Source: a virus. Taken from it: a stretch of DNA of 58,087 nucleotides. Made by a program: the position numbers and the translations under genes. A model generated the notes under the pieces. That model saw nothing but the letters and a program-made list of their open reading frames with translations, was not told the DNA's origin and ran no database searches. The stretch covers positions 1 through 58,087 of IMG/VR virus record IMGVR_UViG_3300035128_000037; one strand, 5' to 3'. Shown piece by piece: positions 1 through 8,264 of this stretch. Numbering within the stretch: position 1 is the first letter of the stretch; each line of letters opens with the position of its first letter.

Positions 1-127
1 GCTGCTATTTTTGATAATAATATCTACGCATACCATGCCGATAATGCAGCGTTCGAGCCGGGAGCCGGAGATTGGTCCCTATCTGTAGTGTTCCGAGCAA
101 CATATTTGGTTGGATCTGATTTGGCTA
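1..127. repeat. Terminal direct repeat, exact copy of 57961..58087; most likely the assembly overlap of a circular or circularly permuted 57,960-bp genome
   Basis: Bases 1-127 read identically to 57961-58087. One reading frame continues without a stop across the junction. Confidence 0.95.
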
Positions 128-549
128 TAGTGGGGAAGTATGTGTGGGATGAGGGTCGAAGCGGGTTTTCTCTCAGAACGGAAGTGTCTGATTCAAGCGC
201 ATTGTATTTAGCTATACACACCAATGACTACAGTTCGACCGAAATTGACGTTGGCTGGTCGCCAACGATAGATACTCTTTACCATGTCGTCATATCAATT
301 AACGCCTCTGAACCAAATGAGGTTACGGTATGGATCTCATCAATTGGAGGAACGTTTGGAGATCAGGTTAATGGAACTCAATTCAATCTTGATGACGCAA
401 TTCCAGACAACACCGCACAGTTTATGATCGGTCGATCTGATGATGGCGTTGATGACTACCCGTTTTATGGTCAAATAGACGATTTCTATTGGTACAACGG
501 TACAGCGTTAACTTCTACTGTTGCTGAGGCGATTTATGACACATACTAA
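1..549 (+). CDS. LamG / concanavalin-A-like lectin domain secreted protein, 3' part (5' part is 57718..58087; one gene across the circular junction)
   Basis: Frame 1 is open from base 1 to stop TAA 547-549. Pattern GDWSLSVVFRA...LYHVVISI...FMIGRSDDG...YGQIDDFYWYNGTAL is typical of Laminin_G_3 domains. Confidence 0.8.
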   Translation, partial: AAIFDNNIYAYHADNAAFEPGAGDWSLSVVFRATYLVGSDLAIVGKYVWDEGRSGFSLRTEVSDSSALYLAIHTNDYSSTEIDVGWSPTIDTLYHVVISINASEPNEVTVWISSIGGTFGDQVNGTQFNLDDAIPDNTAQFMIGRSDDGVDDYPFYGQIDDFYWYNGTALTSTVAEAIYDTY

Positions 550-2005
550 AAAAAACCTTTTGGTTTTTATCGTTGCGGTGTTGTTTTTTCCGGTCGTTGT
601 GCTCGCTGAAATACTACCGTATAGCCAGGATTTCGATGGGGGTGGTGCGTCCGCGTGGATAGCATCAAATCACTACGTTGATAATGGTGCTTCAGCTTCA
701 CTTTCCGAGGGGGGGGGTTGGGGCGGAAGTGACGCGCTATTGCTACTTGGCCCGACAGTGTGCACCGGTGGAAATGGTCAAGACGCTAACATTACGGTAG
801 GATTCTCATCAACCGGTTATATACATTTTCGTTATCTTATAAAACTCGGTACGTCCTATTGGGCGAACTCTACGAGCAGCGGTTGTGCTGGGTTTGATCT
901 CAAACACATTGAGGCAACAGGTACGGCAACAAGATTTATTTCATCAGTAAAAACCGGAGATGGCGAGTATGGACTCTCTGTGTGCAACAACTCAACTTGC
1001 AAGTACGAAAATGGTGAGGGATCTGATCCCGATGACGGGAACTGGTGGCCGGAGGGAACCCAGACATTCAACTGGGGCGACTACGTTGGAGAATGGGTGT
1101 GTTTAGAGTACATAATTGATTCCGCGTCAACCGGGCTATCCAGCGTGTACGTTTGGACCAGGGATGGAGCAGTGTCGGGGTTGCTAAAACAGTATTATAT
1201 AGATATTGGTGGCGGGTACACGTCGATAGAACTCGGCAATTATTACAACCACAGGTTGTCGAGCCAAACAAATGCTGAGATGTGGGTTGATAATCTGATT
1301 ATCACAACGTCCGCGACCCTGATAGGCCCACCCACTGGATTCGTAACCGGAGAAGACACCACCGACCCAACGGCAACAATCACAACCCCTACCTCAAGCG
1401 CGACCTACGATAACGGGTACGACAGCACAATCACTCTTGGAGGTACGTCATCTGACAATGTGTCCGTGTCATCGGTAACGTGGGCCTGCCCAAAGTGCGA
1501 ACCGACCTCAGGGTCTGCCTCTGGTACCACCACCTGGACGATAAATGATATAGGCCTCTCAGACGGCGAGAACGTGATCACGGTGACGGCGACTGACCCA
1601 TCAAGCAACACCGGTACTGACCAGATAACGGTGAGCTACACGGAGGACTTAGACCCACCTGTAATTAGCTCCCCTCTGCCTTCGGGTTCTCAGGCCTGCG
1701 ATGAGGACCCGGACCCAAACACATTGCAGGTAACGACAGACGAGGCCGCAACTTGCCGATATAGCACTTCTGATGTAGATTATTCATCGATGGGAAGCAC
1801 CTTTTCTACAACCGGAGGAACTTCCCACAGCCAAAGCGTCAGTAACGCATGTGGTGACAGCTATACATACTATGTTCGATGCATCGACGGAGCTGTAAAC
1901 TCCAACAGCTTTTCTACAGAGATAGGGTATAGTGTAGCGGCATCAGCAACGCCTCGTCAGCAAAGAGGAACTGTCCGAATATTCGGAACAGCATTAATAA
2001 GATAG
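536..2005 (+). CDS. Secreted protein with Ig-like repeat domains (adhesin or fibre-associated)
   Basis: ATG 536 is in frame with the 521..2005 ORF. N-terminal signal peptide KKNLLVFIVAVLFFPVVVLA|E. Thr/Ser-rich Ig-like module ...TITLGGTSSDNVSVSSVTW...ENVITVTATDPSSNTGTDQITVSY. Second module has ATCRYS...YYVRCIDG. Confidence 0.75.
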   Translation: MTHTKKNLLVFIVAVLFFPVVVLAEILPYSQDFDGGGASAWIASNHYVDNGASASLSEGGGWGGSDALLLLGPTVCTGGNGQDANITVGFSSTGYIHFRYLIKLGTSYWANSTSSGCAGFDLKHIEATGTATRFISSVKTGDGEYGLSVCNNSTCKYENGEGSDPDDGNWWPEGTQTFNWGDYVGEWVCLEYIIDSASTGLSSVYVWTRDGAVSGLLKQYYIDIGGGYTSIELGNYYNHRLSSQTNAEMWVDNLIITTSATLIGPPTGFVTGEDTTDPTATITTPTSSATYDNGYDSTITLGGTSSDNVSVSSVTWACPKCEPTSGSASGTTTWTINDIGLSDGENVITVTATDPSSNTGTDQITVSYTEDLDPPVISSPLPSGSQACDEDPDPNTLQVTTDEAATCRYSTSDVDYSSMGSTFSTTGGTSHSQSVSNACGDSYTYYVRCIDGAVNSNSFSTEIGYSVAASATPRQQRGTVRIFGTALIR

Positions 2006-2014
2006 GGGGTATCA

Positions 2015-2395
2015 ATGAAGAAATTATTTATTTTTGCAGCAACAATTTTCTGTGTTTTTTCTTTAGTTTATATCGCAAGCGCATCGGAAGTAACGCTTGG
2101 TTGGGATGCTCCGGGAAACGCCGAGTGGGGAACAAGGCTCTATATCGGTACATCTCCTGGACAGTACAATTTCAGCTCAGACGCCGGATCAGGGACCGTT
2201 CAGTTCACCATTTCCAATCTTGTCCCGGGGGAGACCTATTATTTCGCGGCAAAACACTATTTCAACGGCATGGAAAGCGGGTTTTCAAACGAGGTTGAGT
2301 ATTTGGTGCCGAGCGAAATCACCGAACTTCCTCCACTTCCTGGAATAAACGATGAAGTTAGGCGATACGAGCTGATCATCAGAAAACTGCAATAA
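2015..2395 (+). CDS. Secreted fibronectin type III domain protein
   Basis: Signal peptide MKKLFIFAATIFCVFSLVYIASA|S. FN3-like LGWDAP...LVPGETYYFAAKHY...ESGFSNEV. Confidence 0.75.
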   Translation: MKKLFIFAATIFCVFSLVYIASASEVTLGWDAPGNAEWGTRLYIGTSPGQYNFSSDAGSGTVQFTISNLVPGETYYFAAKHYFNGMESGFSNEVEYLVPSEITELPPLPGINDEVRRYELIIRKLQ

Positions 2396-2416
2396 AAAAC
2401 GAAAGCGGTAACCAAG

Positions 2417-2677
2417 ATGGCAAACGGAGATATCTCAATCGAACAGGCCAGAAAGCTTCTTGTCGGGAAGCCAACAGACGAGCAGTTAGCCTTTATATAT
2501 CAAGCCATCATAAACCAGAATCAAACTTGCCGCAAACGTCCTACCGAAGTGTGCGACAAACGATATGTAGAAAAATCATGGCTGCGTGGAAAGATAATGT
2601 TTTTCAGCGGTGTCGGATCTGCGCTCACCTTTATCGGAGGCGTTACGGTCATGAAAATCCTTGGTCTTTTTGGATAA
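2417..2677 (+). CDS. Small C-terminally membrane-anchored protein (holin-like candidate by position)
   Basis: 86-aa ORF with a single C-terminal TM segment, IMFFSGVGSALTFIGGVTVMKILGLF. It lies upstream of the endolysin candidate. Confidence 0.5.
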   Translation: MANGDISIEQARKLLVGKPTDEQLAFIYQAIINQNQTCRKRPTEVCDKRYVEKSWLRGKIMFFSGVGSALTFIGGVTVMKILGLFG

Positions 2678-2728
2678 AATTGACTAATTAGGAGATAGTT
2701 TTACACATAGTTCGCAATAAGTGACGGT

Positions 2729-2896
2729 ATGAATAAGGAAAAACCACTCAGCAAAATATGTATCGGCTGCGGCTGTGTCAGCATAGATATTTGGTGCGAA
2801 GCGTGTGGCGACGCATATTTAAAACTATCTGTGATGGAGTTACGTAGAATAGCGGACATAAAAGAGGCAGAAATCAAGCATGGGGGAGAAACTTGA
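2729..2896 (+). CDS. Small zinc-ribbon protein (55 aa)
   Basis: Hand-translated ORF MNKEKPLSKICIGCGCVSIDIWCEACGDAY... with a CxxC...CxxC pattern. It is below the ORF-track length cut-off and has a weak SD. Confidence 0.35.
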   Translation: MNKEKPLSKICIGCGCVSIDIWCEACGDAYLKLSVMELRRIADIKEAEIKHGGET

Positions 2897-3125
2897 CGAG
2901 CTGATGAAAAAATTCCCGCCAGGGTACGACCAATCATGGAATTTCTGGCTATGTGAGCATGTGCCGCCCGGAAATGCTTGCAAGGGATGCCCCGTAATGA
3001 ACGAATCTTATTGTGAAGTTTTTGAAAAATTGACTACCGGAAAAAAATTAAAGGATTGCATTGATCAAATCAAGCCGTGCCTAACCAAGAAAGAGTTCAA
3101 GGATATTCACGATCCTAATAAATAG
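2880..3125 (+). CDS. Hypothetical Cys-rich protein
   Basis: 81-aa ORF on the same strand as its neighbours; no recognisable family. Confidence 0.5.
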   Translation: MGEKLDELMKKFPPGYDQSWNFWLCEHVPPGNACKGCPVMNESYCEVFEKLTTGKKLKDCIDQIKPCLTKKEFKDIHDPNK

Positions 3126-3137
3126 GGGGGCAAGTCA

Positions 3138-3719
3138 ATGATACCGAAATGGCCAAGTGTAGACGAATCAATAACCGGTATCGAGCGGTATAAAATCTAT
3201 CGTCGATACCTTCAAGACGGCGATATCCTCGAATGGGGATCCGACAAGATTATCGGTCGCATGATCAGAATGTTCACCAAAAAGGATGTCAATCATACCG
3301 GTGGCGTCATCCGGATGAAAGAGTTCGAGAACGAGCCTGGCGATCGAATCATGACAACCGAAGCTACCGAGAAGGGGTTTTGTATCAACTATCTTTCCAG
3401 GGCGCTGGAAGGGTATAAGGGCCGCGTTTACGTCCTCCCCCTAAAGTCACCCGGTCTCGATAATTATCGTCGATCAATCGTCCGTTGTGAGCTCGATATG
3501 GTAGGAATACCGTATGACTTCGGAGGCCTGTTTTCGAACATGTTTGGCCGGGTATCAATGAACGCCAGGCAGTTTTTCTGTTCAGAAGGAAAGGCGTTCT
3601 CTCTTGACAGCTCAGGCGTCATAACGTTACCACTCAATAAAAAGGGGAGAAAGATAGCCCCGCGGCCGGGAGATTTTTTTAAATTTGGCGTCACCCTTCC
3701 CCGGGTTAGAATCTATTAA
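3138..3719 (+). CDS. Permuted papain-fold (NlpC/P60, YiiX-like) peptidase; putative endolysin
   Basis: VNHTGGVI (His) followed by YDFGG...RQFFCSEG (Cys). This order is typical of permuted papain-like amidases. G-rich SD before the ATG. Lipoprotein and membrane genes follow. Confidence 0.55.
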   Translation: MIPKWPSVDESITGIERYKIYRRYLQDGDILEWGSDKIIGRMIRMFTKKDVNHTGGVIRMKEFENEPGDRIMTTEATEKGFCINYLSRALEGYKGRVYVLPLKSPGLDNYRRSIVRCELDMVGIPYDFGGLFSNMFGRVSMNARQFFCSEGKAFSLDSSGVITLPLNKKGRKIAPRPGDFFKFGVTLPRVRIY

Positions 3720-3732
3720 AAAGGAGGTTTCC

Positions 3733-4038
3733 ATGAAATTAGCGATCGCATCATTTTTGATTTTTTCGTTTTGTTTGGTTGGGTGTGTCAAGGAGGCCCT
3801 ATTGATTGGTGCGGTGACCGGATGGGCAGTTGTTGAAGTTATGACAGATGACGACATGGAAGAAGATCAAGTCGTTCACACTGGAAAAGTTGACGCTGTT
3901 CACTGCTACGATGAGGCGTGTTTCGTGAGTTTCGAAACAGGATCAATGTATCGTATCGATCAAGATGAATGGGGATTTGTCAAAGTGGGGGATGAAGCCA
4001 CAATAGTGCAAAATAACGGTAAACTTTCAGTTAAATAG
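3733..4038 (+). CDS. Lipoprotein (possible spanin-type lysis accessory)
   Basis: AAGGAGG at 3721-3727 then ATG 3733. Lipobox FCLVGC in MKLAIASFLIFSFCLVGC. Confidence 0.6.
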   Translation: MKLAIASFLIFSFCLVGCVKEALLIGAVTGWAVVEVMTDDDMEEDQVVHTGKVDAVHCYDEACFVSFETGSMYRIDQDEWGFVKVGDEATIVQNNGKLSVK

Positions 4039-4074
4039 ATACTTTAGTATCGCTGGGAAAGGGAGGTTTAGATC

Positions 4075-4683
4075 ATGGACTACATTATGGGGATCATCAA
4101 CGAGTATTGGCCACTGTTTATTGCTGCCGGCGTAGCGCTGGACTTCATTATCGGCAAAATTCCTGACAAGTACGTCCCGTACATAGGCGCACTGAGGCGG
4201 TTTTTCGGCGCGCTTAAGGGAAAAGGAAAGACCGGTGAAACCATCTGGGCTATACCCGCCGTTCTGGCCGCAACCCTTGGCGGTCTCGCGCTACTCGGAC
4301 TTTGCTTGGGCGGGTGCGCTACAAATCCGACAAAGGCCCAACACATTGTCGGCGCAAAGATCATAGCTCGGGAGGCAGGAAACCTCGTTGCCATGAATAA
4401 CCCTGAGATGGCCACAGCCGTCCGTGTTGGTTACAACATGATCAAAGATGAAGATGGCGATGAATTCAGGGCACTATTCGCAAATGGCCTTCAGCAGATG
4501 CTGGCCGCCGAGGGTGTGGCCGGATCGGAACGACTCGCAAAATCAGCAGCTGACCTGCTTGCCGTGTTCGGTTTGGATGTTCCCGACACTGGCATGATCG
4601 ATGCCGAGTACCTGGAAAAGTTTGCAGTGGGAGACATCAAAGAGATTGCCGTGGCTTTCATCGAGGGGATGGGTCCAGAATAA
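4075..4683 (+). CDS. Membrane protein (holin or spanin-like candidate)
   Basis: AAGGGAGG SD. Two hydrophobic segments, the second ending in the lipobox-like LGGC. It is the last gene before the convergent junction. Confidence 0.55.
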   Translation: MDYIMGIINEYWPLFIAAGVALDFIIGKIPDKYVPYIGALRRFFGALKGKGKTGETIWAIPAVLAATLGGLALLGLCLGGCATNPTKAQHIVGAKIIAREAGNLVAMNNPEMATAVRVGYNMIKDEDGDEFRALFANGLQQMLAAEGVAGSERLAKSAADLLAVFGLDVPDTGMIDAEYLEKFAVGDIKEIAVAFIEGMGPE

Positions 4684-4724
4684 GTAGAACACTAAGTTTG
4701 CCATCGTATATTTTCACGCTTCCC

Positions 4725-4738
4725 CCTATCCCTACGTT
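4725..4738 (-). repeat. Third, 14-nt core copy (CCTATCCCTACGTT) of the motif repeated at 13446 and 20049
   Basis: Direct reading; lies in the convergent intergenic gap 4684..4754. Confidence 0.7.
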
Positions 4739-4754
4739 TACGGCTGCGGTCAGC

Positions 4755-5453
4755 CTATTCCTCAATAGGGATAAGAAGCCGTTCAACCGAATCCCTATTC
4801 TTTGTAAAAATTACGTCGTCGTTAATCATCCACATTGCATCATAAAAAACGAACGTGCCGTTTTTCCATTTTGGTGCGAGGTCCGCCCAATTAACGCCTT
4901 TTTCGTAAAGCATTTCATGCATGTCTTTTGTATTTTTTTTGTGAAGCTGTTTATGCGAGTAGTAAGACTGAGAAAGCATATGGATTGAATTTCTTATCCA
5001 ATCCTGCTGTCGCCAAATAAAATAGTTGCAAACCTCATCCTTGGGAACATTGAACGCCCTGCTGTCAAATGTGGCGTACTTCGTTTGACAATAAAAAAAG
5101 CACTTTGAAAAGTAAGCAGAGGCAATACCGGCAGAAACGGAAACCATTTTTTGAAGGTTGTAATCAAACCAGGCATCGCTTGTTAGGCGTGCAAAATCAG
5201 TTACAAGAATTGATATTTCGTCTGACTGAATATAGGCACACTTCGCCCCCTGAATATTAGCGCATAACTCAACGGCGGTGTCTACCATGCTGTTTGCAAA
5301 CCAATCGTCAAACGGCTTCTCGCACCTTCTGGTCATGGTGTGAAACGCCTTGCCGTCAAGTCTGATTATTACCGGCATTCTGCGAGTAAGTTTTATCCTA
5401 TACCTGATTTCGTAGTTATCCTTCATACGATTTCCGATTGAATCTTTATTCAC
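4755..5453 (-). CDS. tRNA(His) guanylyltransferase (Thg1)-like 3'-5' nucleotidyltransferase
   Basis: IIRLDGKAFHTMT and YIQSDEISIL match the Thg1/TLP catalytic carboxylate motifs (RxDGxxFxxF, SDExS). Length 232 aa fits the family. Confidence 0.8.
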   Translation of the reverse strand: MNKDSIGNRMKDNYEIRYRIKLTRRMPVIIRLDGKAFHTMTRRCEKPFDDWFANSMVDTAVELCANIQGAKCAYIQSDEISILVTDFARLTSDAWFDYNLQKMVSVSAGIASAYFSKCFFYCQTKYATFDSRAFNVPKDEVCNYFIWRQQDWIRNSIHMLSQSYYSHKQLHKKNTKDMHEMLYEKGVNWADLAPKWKNGTFVFYDAMWMINDDVIFTKNRDSVERLLIPIEE

Positions 5454-5486
5454 GCCTCCCCCTCCCCGCTATGCGGTTAATGTTGG

Positions 5487-5903
5487 CTACTCCTCCGGCG
5501 CTGGTGGCGTTGGCTCGCCAAGCAACTTAACAGCGGCCTTATATATTTCTTTTATCGTTGTCCACGGTACAAAAACCATAGATTCTCCAAAGCGGAATTC
5601 AAATTCACACATAAACGCCGCCTTTGCTCCGTTTTCTGCCGTTAGTGTTTTTGGCATTACAACCCGCCTATCCTCCACCCTCACCGGATCGGATGGGCGG
5701 GTGTTATCGCACATCTCGTAGTTTTCTGCGATAAACTCAGGTTAAACATACCATTGGCTACCTTGCGCGTCCCTGGCGATCTTACCGCCTAATTTTGGTG
5801 TCTCTGTTTCAGCAACAGATATTCCGGTCAAGTCTTCTCCTGGTATATAATTGCGCATTTCTTGAAGTTTTGTTTTACGATACTTTTTCCATTGCTCTGT
5901 CAT
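5487..5903 (-). pseudogene. Hypothetical gene interrupted by a single in-frame TAA (5742..5744); two ORFs, 5742..5903 and 5487..5714, share one frame
   Basis: Hand translation gives MTEQWKKYRK...DAQGSQWYV*PEFIAENYEMCDNTRPS... The downstream ATG (5714) has no SD. Confidence 0.5.
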
Positions 5904-5914
5904 GGTCGGGCCTC

Positions 5915-6202
5915 CTATCTGTCATACCCCATTTCTGTGTCCATAGAGTTTAGCCAATAGTCAACCTCTGACTCTACAAACTCCATAATTTCTTTTTTAA
6001 GTTTCTTTCTATCACCAATCACACTAAGTCTTACTTTTACAGGAGTACAAAAAAGTTGGGAGATGCCATCAGCGCTTGGAGATGGGTTATCTATTGGATG
6101 CAGTGCCATACCAACATAGTTATCTTCAAGTTTTAGGCACGTGCTTCTATCCAAGCTGCTTTGTTGCTCCCTTGCCTGTAAATATAATTTGATTGCGGCC
6201 AC
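5915..6202 (-). CDS. Hypothetical protein
   Basis: 95-aa ORF with GTG start preceded by AGGAGG. Confidence 0.6.
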   Translation of the reverse strand: MAAIKLYLQAREQQSSLDRSTCLKLEDNYVGMALHPIDNPSPSADGISQLFCTPVKVRLSVIGDRKKLKKEIMEFVESEVDYWLNSMDTEMGYDR

Positions 6203-6208
6203 AACAAC

Positions 6209-6226
6209 CTCCTATTCCCACATATG
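6209..6226 (-). repeat. 18-nt junction repeat CTCCTATTCCCACATATG, copy 1
   Basis: Identical 18-mer at 6451..6468. It spans a stop codon plus the SD of the next gene. Confidence 0.8.
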
Positions 6227-6463
6227 TTTGTAGTTCCGTAGCTCCGCGACAGGGCACCCAATCTGTACCCAGGCCGTGAATCCCCACCATACAACATGCC
6301 TAACCAGCTTATAATCCTCCATATGGCGAAACTTATCATAAAACTTCTTGTCGAAATATTTTACAATATTGCCGCAGTACCAACACGCATGATCATAATT
6401 AACTCTCAAGTTAAAATGGCCACAGTGTTTGCAATAATAATTCACAACCTCTCCTATTCCCAC
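6212..6463 (-). CDS. Zinc-ribbon protein
   Basis: CKHCG...CWYCG. The likely true start is the in-frame GTG at 6445, preceded by AGGAG. Confidence 0.6.
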   Translation of the reverse strand: MGIGEVVNYYCKHCGHFNLRVNYDHACWYCGNIVKYFDKKFYDKFRHMEDYKLVRHVVWWGFTAWVQIGCPVAELRNYKHMWE

Positions 6464-6468
6464 ATATG
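6451..6468 (-). repeat. 18-nt junction repeat CTCCTATTCCCACATATG, copy 2
   Basis: Identical to 6209..6226. Confidence 0.8.
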
Positions 6469-6478
6469 ACGAAACATC

Positions 6479-6679
6479 TTATTTGCTTACTTCTTCAATA
6501 ACAATTCTCTCTGTTTTAGCTTCAATAATGCTTATGTCCTCGTTTCTAATAGTGTCTCTCAAATAAATAAGCGCCGATTCAATGGCTTGTTTTTTAACCT
6601 GGTCAAGTGAGCACCCTTTCTGCCATCCACCAGAGGAAAGTATTTCCAGCTTTACAGACACAAACGCTTTTGTTTTCAC
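6479..6679 (-). CDS. Hypothetical protein
   Basis: 66-aa ORF with GTG start preceded by AAAGGAGGGG. Confidence 0.55.
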   Translation of the reverse strand: MKTKAFVSVKLEILSSGGWQKGCSLDQVKKQAIESALIYLRDTIRNEDISIIEAKTERIVIEEVSK

Positions 6680-6704
6680 AACCCCTCCTTTGCGCGGTGC
6701 GCGG

Positions 6705-6896
6705 TTATATTAAGTCGGAAACATCTATGTTGTAAAATTTAATAAGCACCATCATTTTAATAAACGATGGATCTAAAATCTTTCCTGATTCCAATTGGCA
6801 CAGATATGAATTGGATATCCCTGTTTGTTTTTCAACATCTCTTAAAGAAAGCCCTAATACCTTTCGGGCGAATCTTAATTTTTCGTTCCATTCCAC
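6705..6896 (-). CDS. XRE-family helix-turn-helix transcriptional regulator
   Basis: LRFARKVLGLSLRDVEKQTGISNSYLCQLESGK is a classic HTH_3 pattern. Confidence 0.8.
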   Translation of the reverse strand: MEWNEKLRFARKVLGLSLRDVEKQTGISNSYLCQLESGKILDPSFIKMMVLIKFYNIDVSDLI

Positions 6897-6906
6897 TGTG
6901 GTGATT

Positions 6907-6927
6907 CCTTTGCGCGGTTGATGCGTG
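6907..6927 (-). repeat. 21-nt leader repeat CCTTTGCGCGGTTGATGCGTG, copy 1
   Basis: 19/21 identical to 7424..7444. A shorter copy, CCTTTGCGCGGT, lies at 6687..6698. All three sit immediately 5' of minus-strand gene starts. Confidence 0.75.
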
Positions 6928-6931
6928 TTAT

Positions 6932-7150
6932 TTATAAAGCATCAATTCCGGTCTGAATATCATCAACACTCATACCGTAATGTTTCCAAGCTCCAATGAT
7001 TAGCCAATGAAGCCTCTGTGACGCTGTTGTATCCGATCCATCATCATGTATTGATGGGACAATACAGTTGCCAAAACGATTTAGCGTATCAACCAGCTTA
7101 CGGGCTTCTCTGTAGATACTTTCCTTTGAGTACCCTTCTACGGTTTCCAT
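6932..7150 (-). CDS. Hypothetical protein
   Basis: 72-aa ORF with GGGAGG SD. Confidence 0.55.
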   Translation of the reverse strand: METVEGYSKESIYREARKLVDTLNRFGNCIVPSIHDDGSDTTASQRLHWLIIGAWKHYGMSVDDIQTGIDAL

Positions 7151-7180
7151 AATTTAGACCTCCCTCGCCCCTCATTTGAC

Positions 7181-7411
7181 CTAATCTTCGCATTTTTCGT
7201 GGTAAACGGGCTCCTCTTTCCACCTGAAAAGACGTTGCCTATTTTCTTCCATTATTTCGTCAACCGACTTTACATCCCCCTGTTTATTCCTGTTAAACGG
7301 GTTTTGTGTTTGAAAAAACTTGGCAGACCTTACTGCTCGCCTCCCACACTTCGGGCATATTCCGCTCTTTTTGCCGGTTACTCCGTATTCTTGAAAATTA
7401 ACCCTCGTCAT
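7181..7411 (-). CDS. Zinc-ribbon protein
   Basis: Internal ATG 7411 preceded by AAAGGAGA; CPKCGRR motif. Confidence 0.6.
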   Translation of the reverse strand: MTRVNFQEYGVTGKKSGICPKCGRRAVRSAKFFQTQNPFNRNKQGDVKSVDEIMEENRQRLFRWKEEPVYHEKCED

Positions 7412-7423
7412 TTTAAGTTGTCT

Positions 7424-7444
7424 CCTTTCAGCGGTTGATGCGTG
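7424..7444 (-). repeat. 21-nt leader repeat CCTTTCAGCGGTTGATGCGTG, copy 2
   Basis: 19/21 identical to 6907..6927. Confidence 0.75.
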
Positions 7445-7469
7445 ATGGTGGTTACTGACACTACGCTGG

Positions 7470-7694
7470 TTACAATCTACCCTCATAAGCCGCATTATTT
7501 ATGTTTTCTACACGCTCACGATCGAGAGCTTCTCTCTCGCTTGGTGAGTCTATTGTCATTGTGTATCCGCAACATTCTGGCCATCCGCTCCTAAAACACT
7601 CTGCCGAATTAACCCGTTGAGATCTTCCGCATATTGTGCACCATACAATTCCGCGCCTCAACTTCGGATGACAGTCAGCAAACCTTTCGTACAT
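7470..7694 (-). CDS. Cys-rich zinc-binding protein
   Basis: ATG 7694 preceded by GGGAGGTG; CTICG...ECCG. Confidence 0.55.
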   Translation of the reverse strand: MYERFADCHPKLRRGIVWCTICGRSQRVNSAECFRSGWPECCGYTMTIDSPSEREALDRERVENINNAAYEGRL

Positions 7695-7736
7695 TACACA
7701 CCTCCCTATCCCCACATTGCCACCGCATACGGGGAG

Positions 7737-8024
7737 TTAAGCCTTGCCCTTCTTCCGCTTCCCGGCAACCCCGAGAAAGCCTGATTTTGACGGCGGCTGC
7801 CGGCGCCAGTACCTGCCCGAGTAGGTGGCCACCAGTAAAGAGATGATCAGTCGATAGCGGTGTTCCATGAATGTTCTGTGGAGCTGGATGTCGTACAGTA
7901 AATAGGACCGAAAGAGCATGGCCTCGATAGCTTCGATATCGATAAAAACAGGATAATTCGAAACAACGTATAGGCAATCAGTAGTTCCGACCATAATTGT
8001 GGAATCGTCAAATAAGGCTATCAT
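7737..8024 (-). CDS. Hypothetical protein with basic C-terminus
   Basis: 95-aa ORF in the operon orientation. Confidence 0.5.
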   Translation of the reverse strand: MIALFDDSTIMVGTTDCLYVVSNYPVFIDIEAIEAMLFRSYLLYDIQLHRTFMEHRYRLIISLLVATYSGRYWRRQPPSKSGFLGVAGKRKKGKA

Positions 8025-8043
8025 CTGAACTTTCCTTTTTTAA

Positions 8044-8256
8044 TTAATCGATGTTCAAGAACCGATAGGCTTCATCGTAGGCTTCTTCGAATCCGTTTCC
8101 GAAGCTACGATATAGGGCGCGCTTCATGTCATTTGGAAGTCTACTATAGCAGTTGAAACAAAATGCGAACCTTGGCTTTTTGGGACGCTCGCAAATGCAC
8201 TCATCAGACTTGAATTGATCGATATAAAACTTGATGTCTTTTTGCTTTTGGTTCAT
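8044..8256 (-). CDS. Hypothetical Cys-rich protein
   Basis: ATG 8256 lies just after the stop of the upstream gene. CICE...CFNC motif. Confidence 0.55.
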   Translation of the reverse strand: MNQKQKDIKFYIDQFKSDECICERPKKPRFAFCFNCYSRLPNDMKRALYRSFGNGFEEAYDEAYRFLNID

Positions 8257-8264
8257 CGCTAAAC

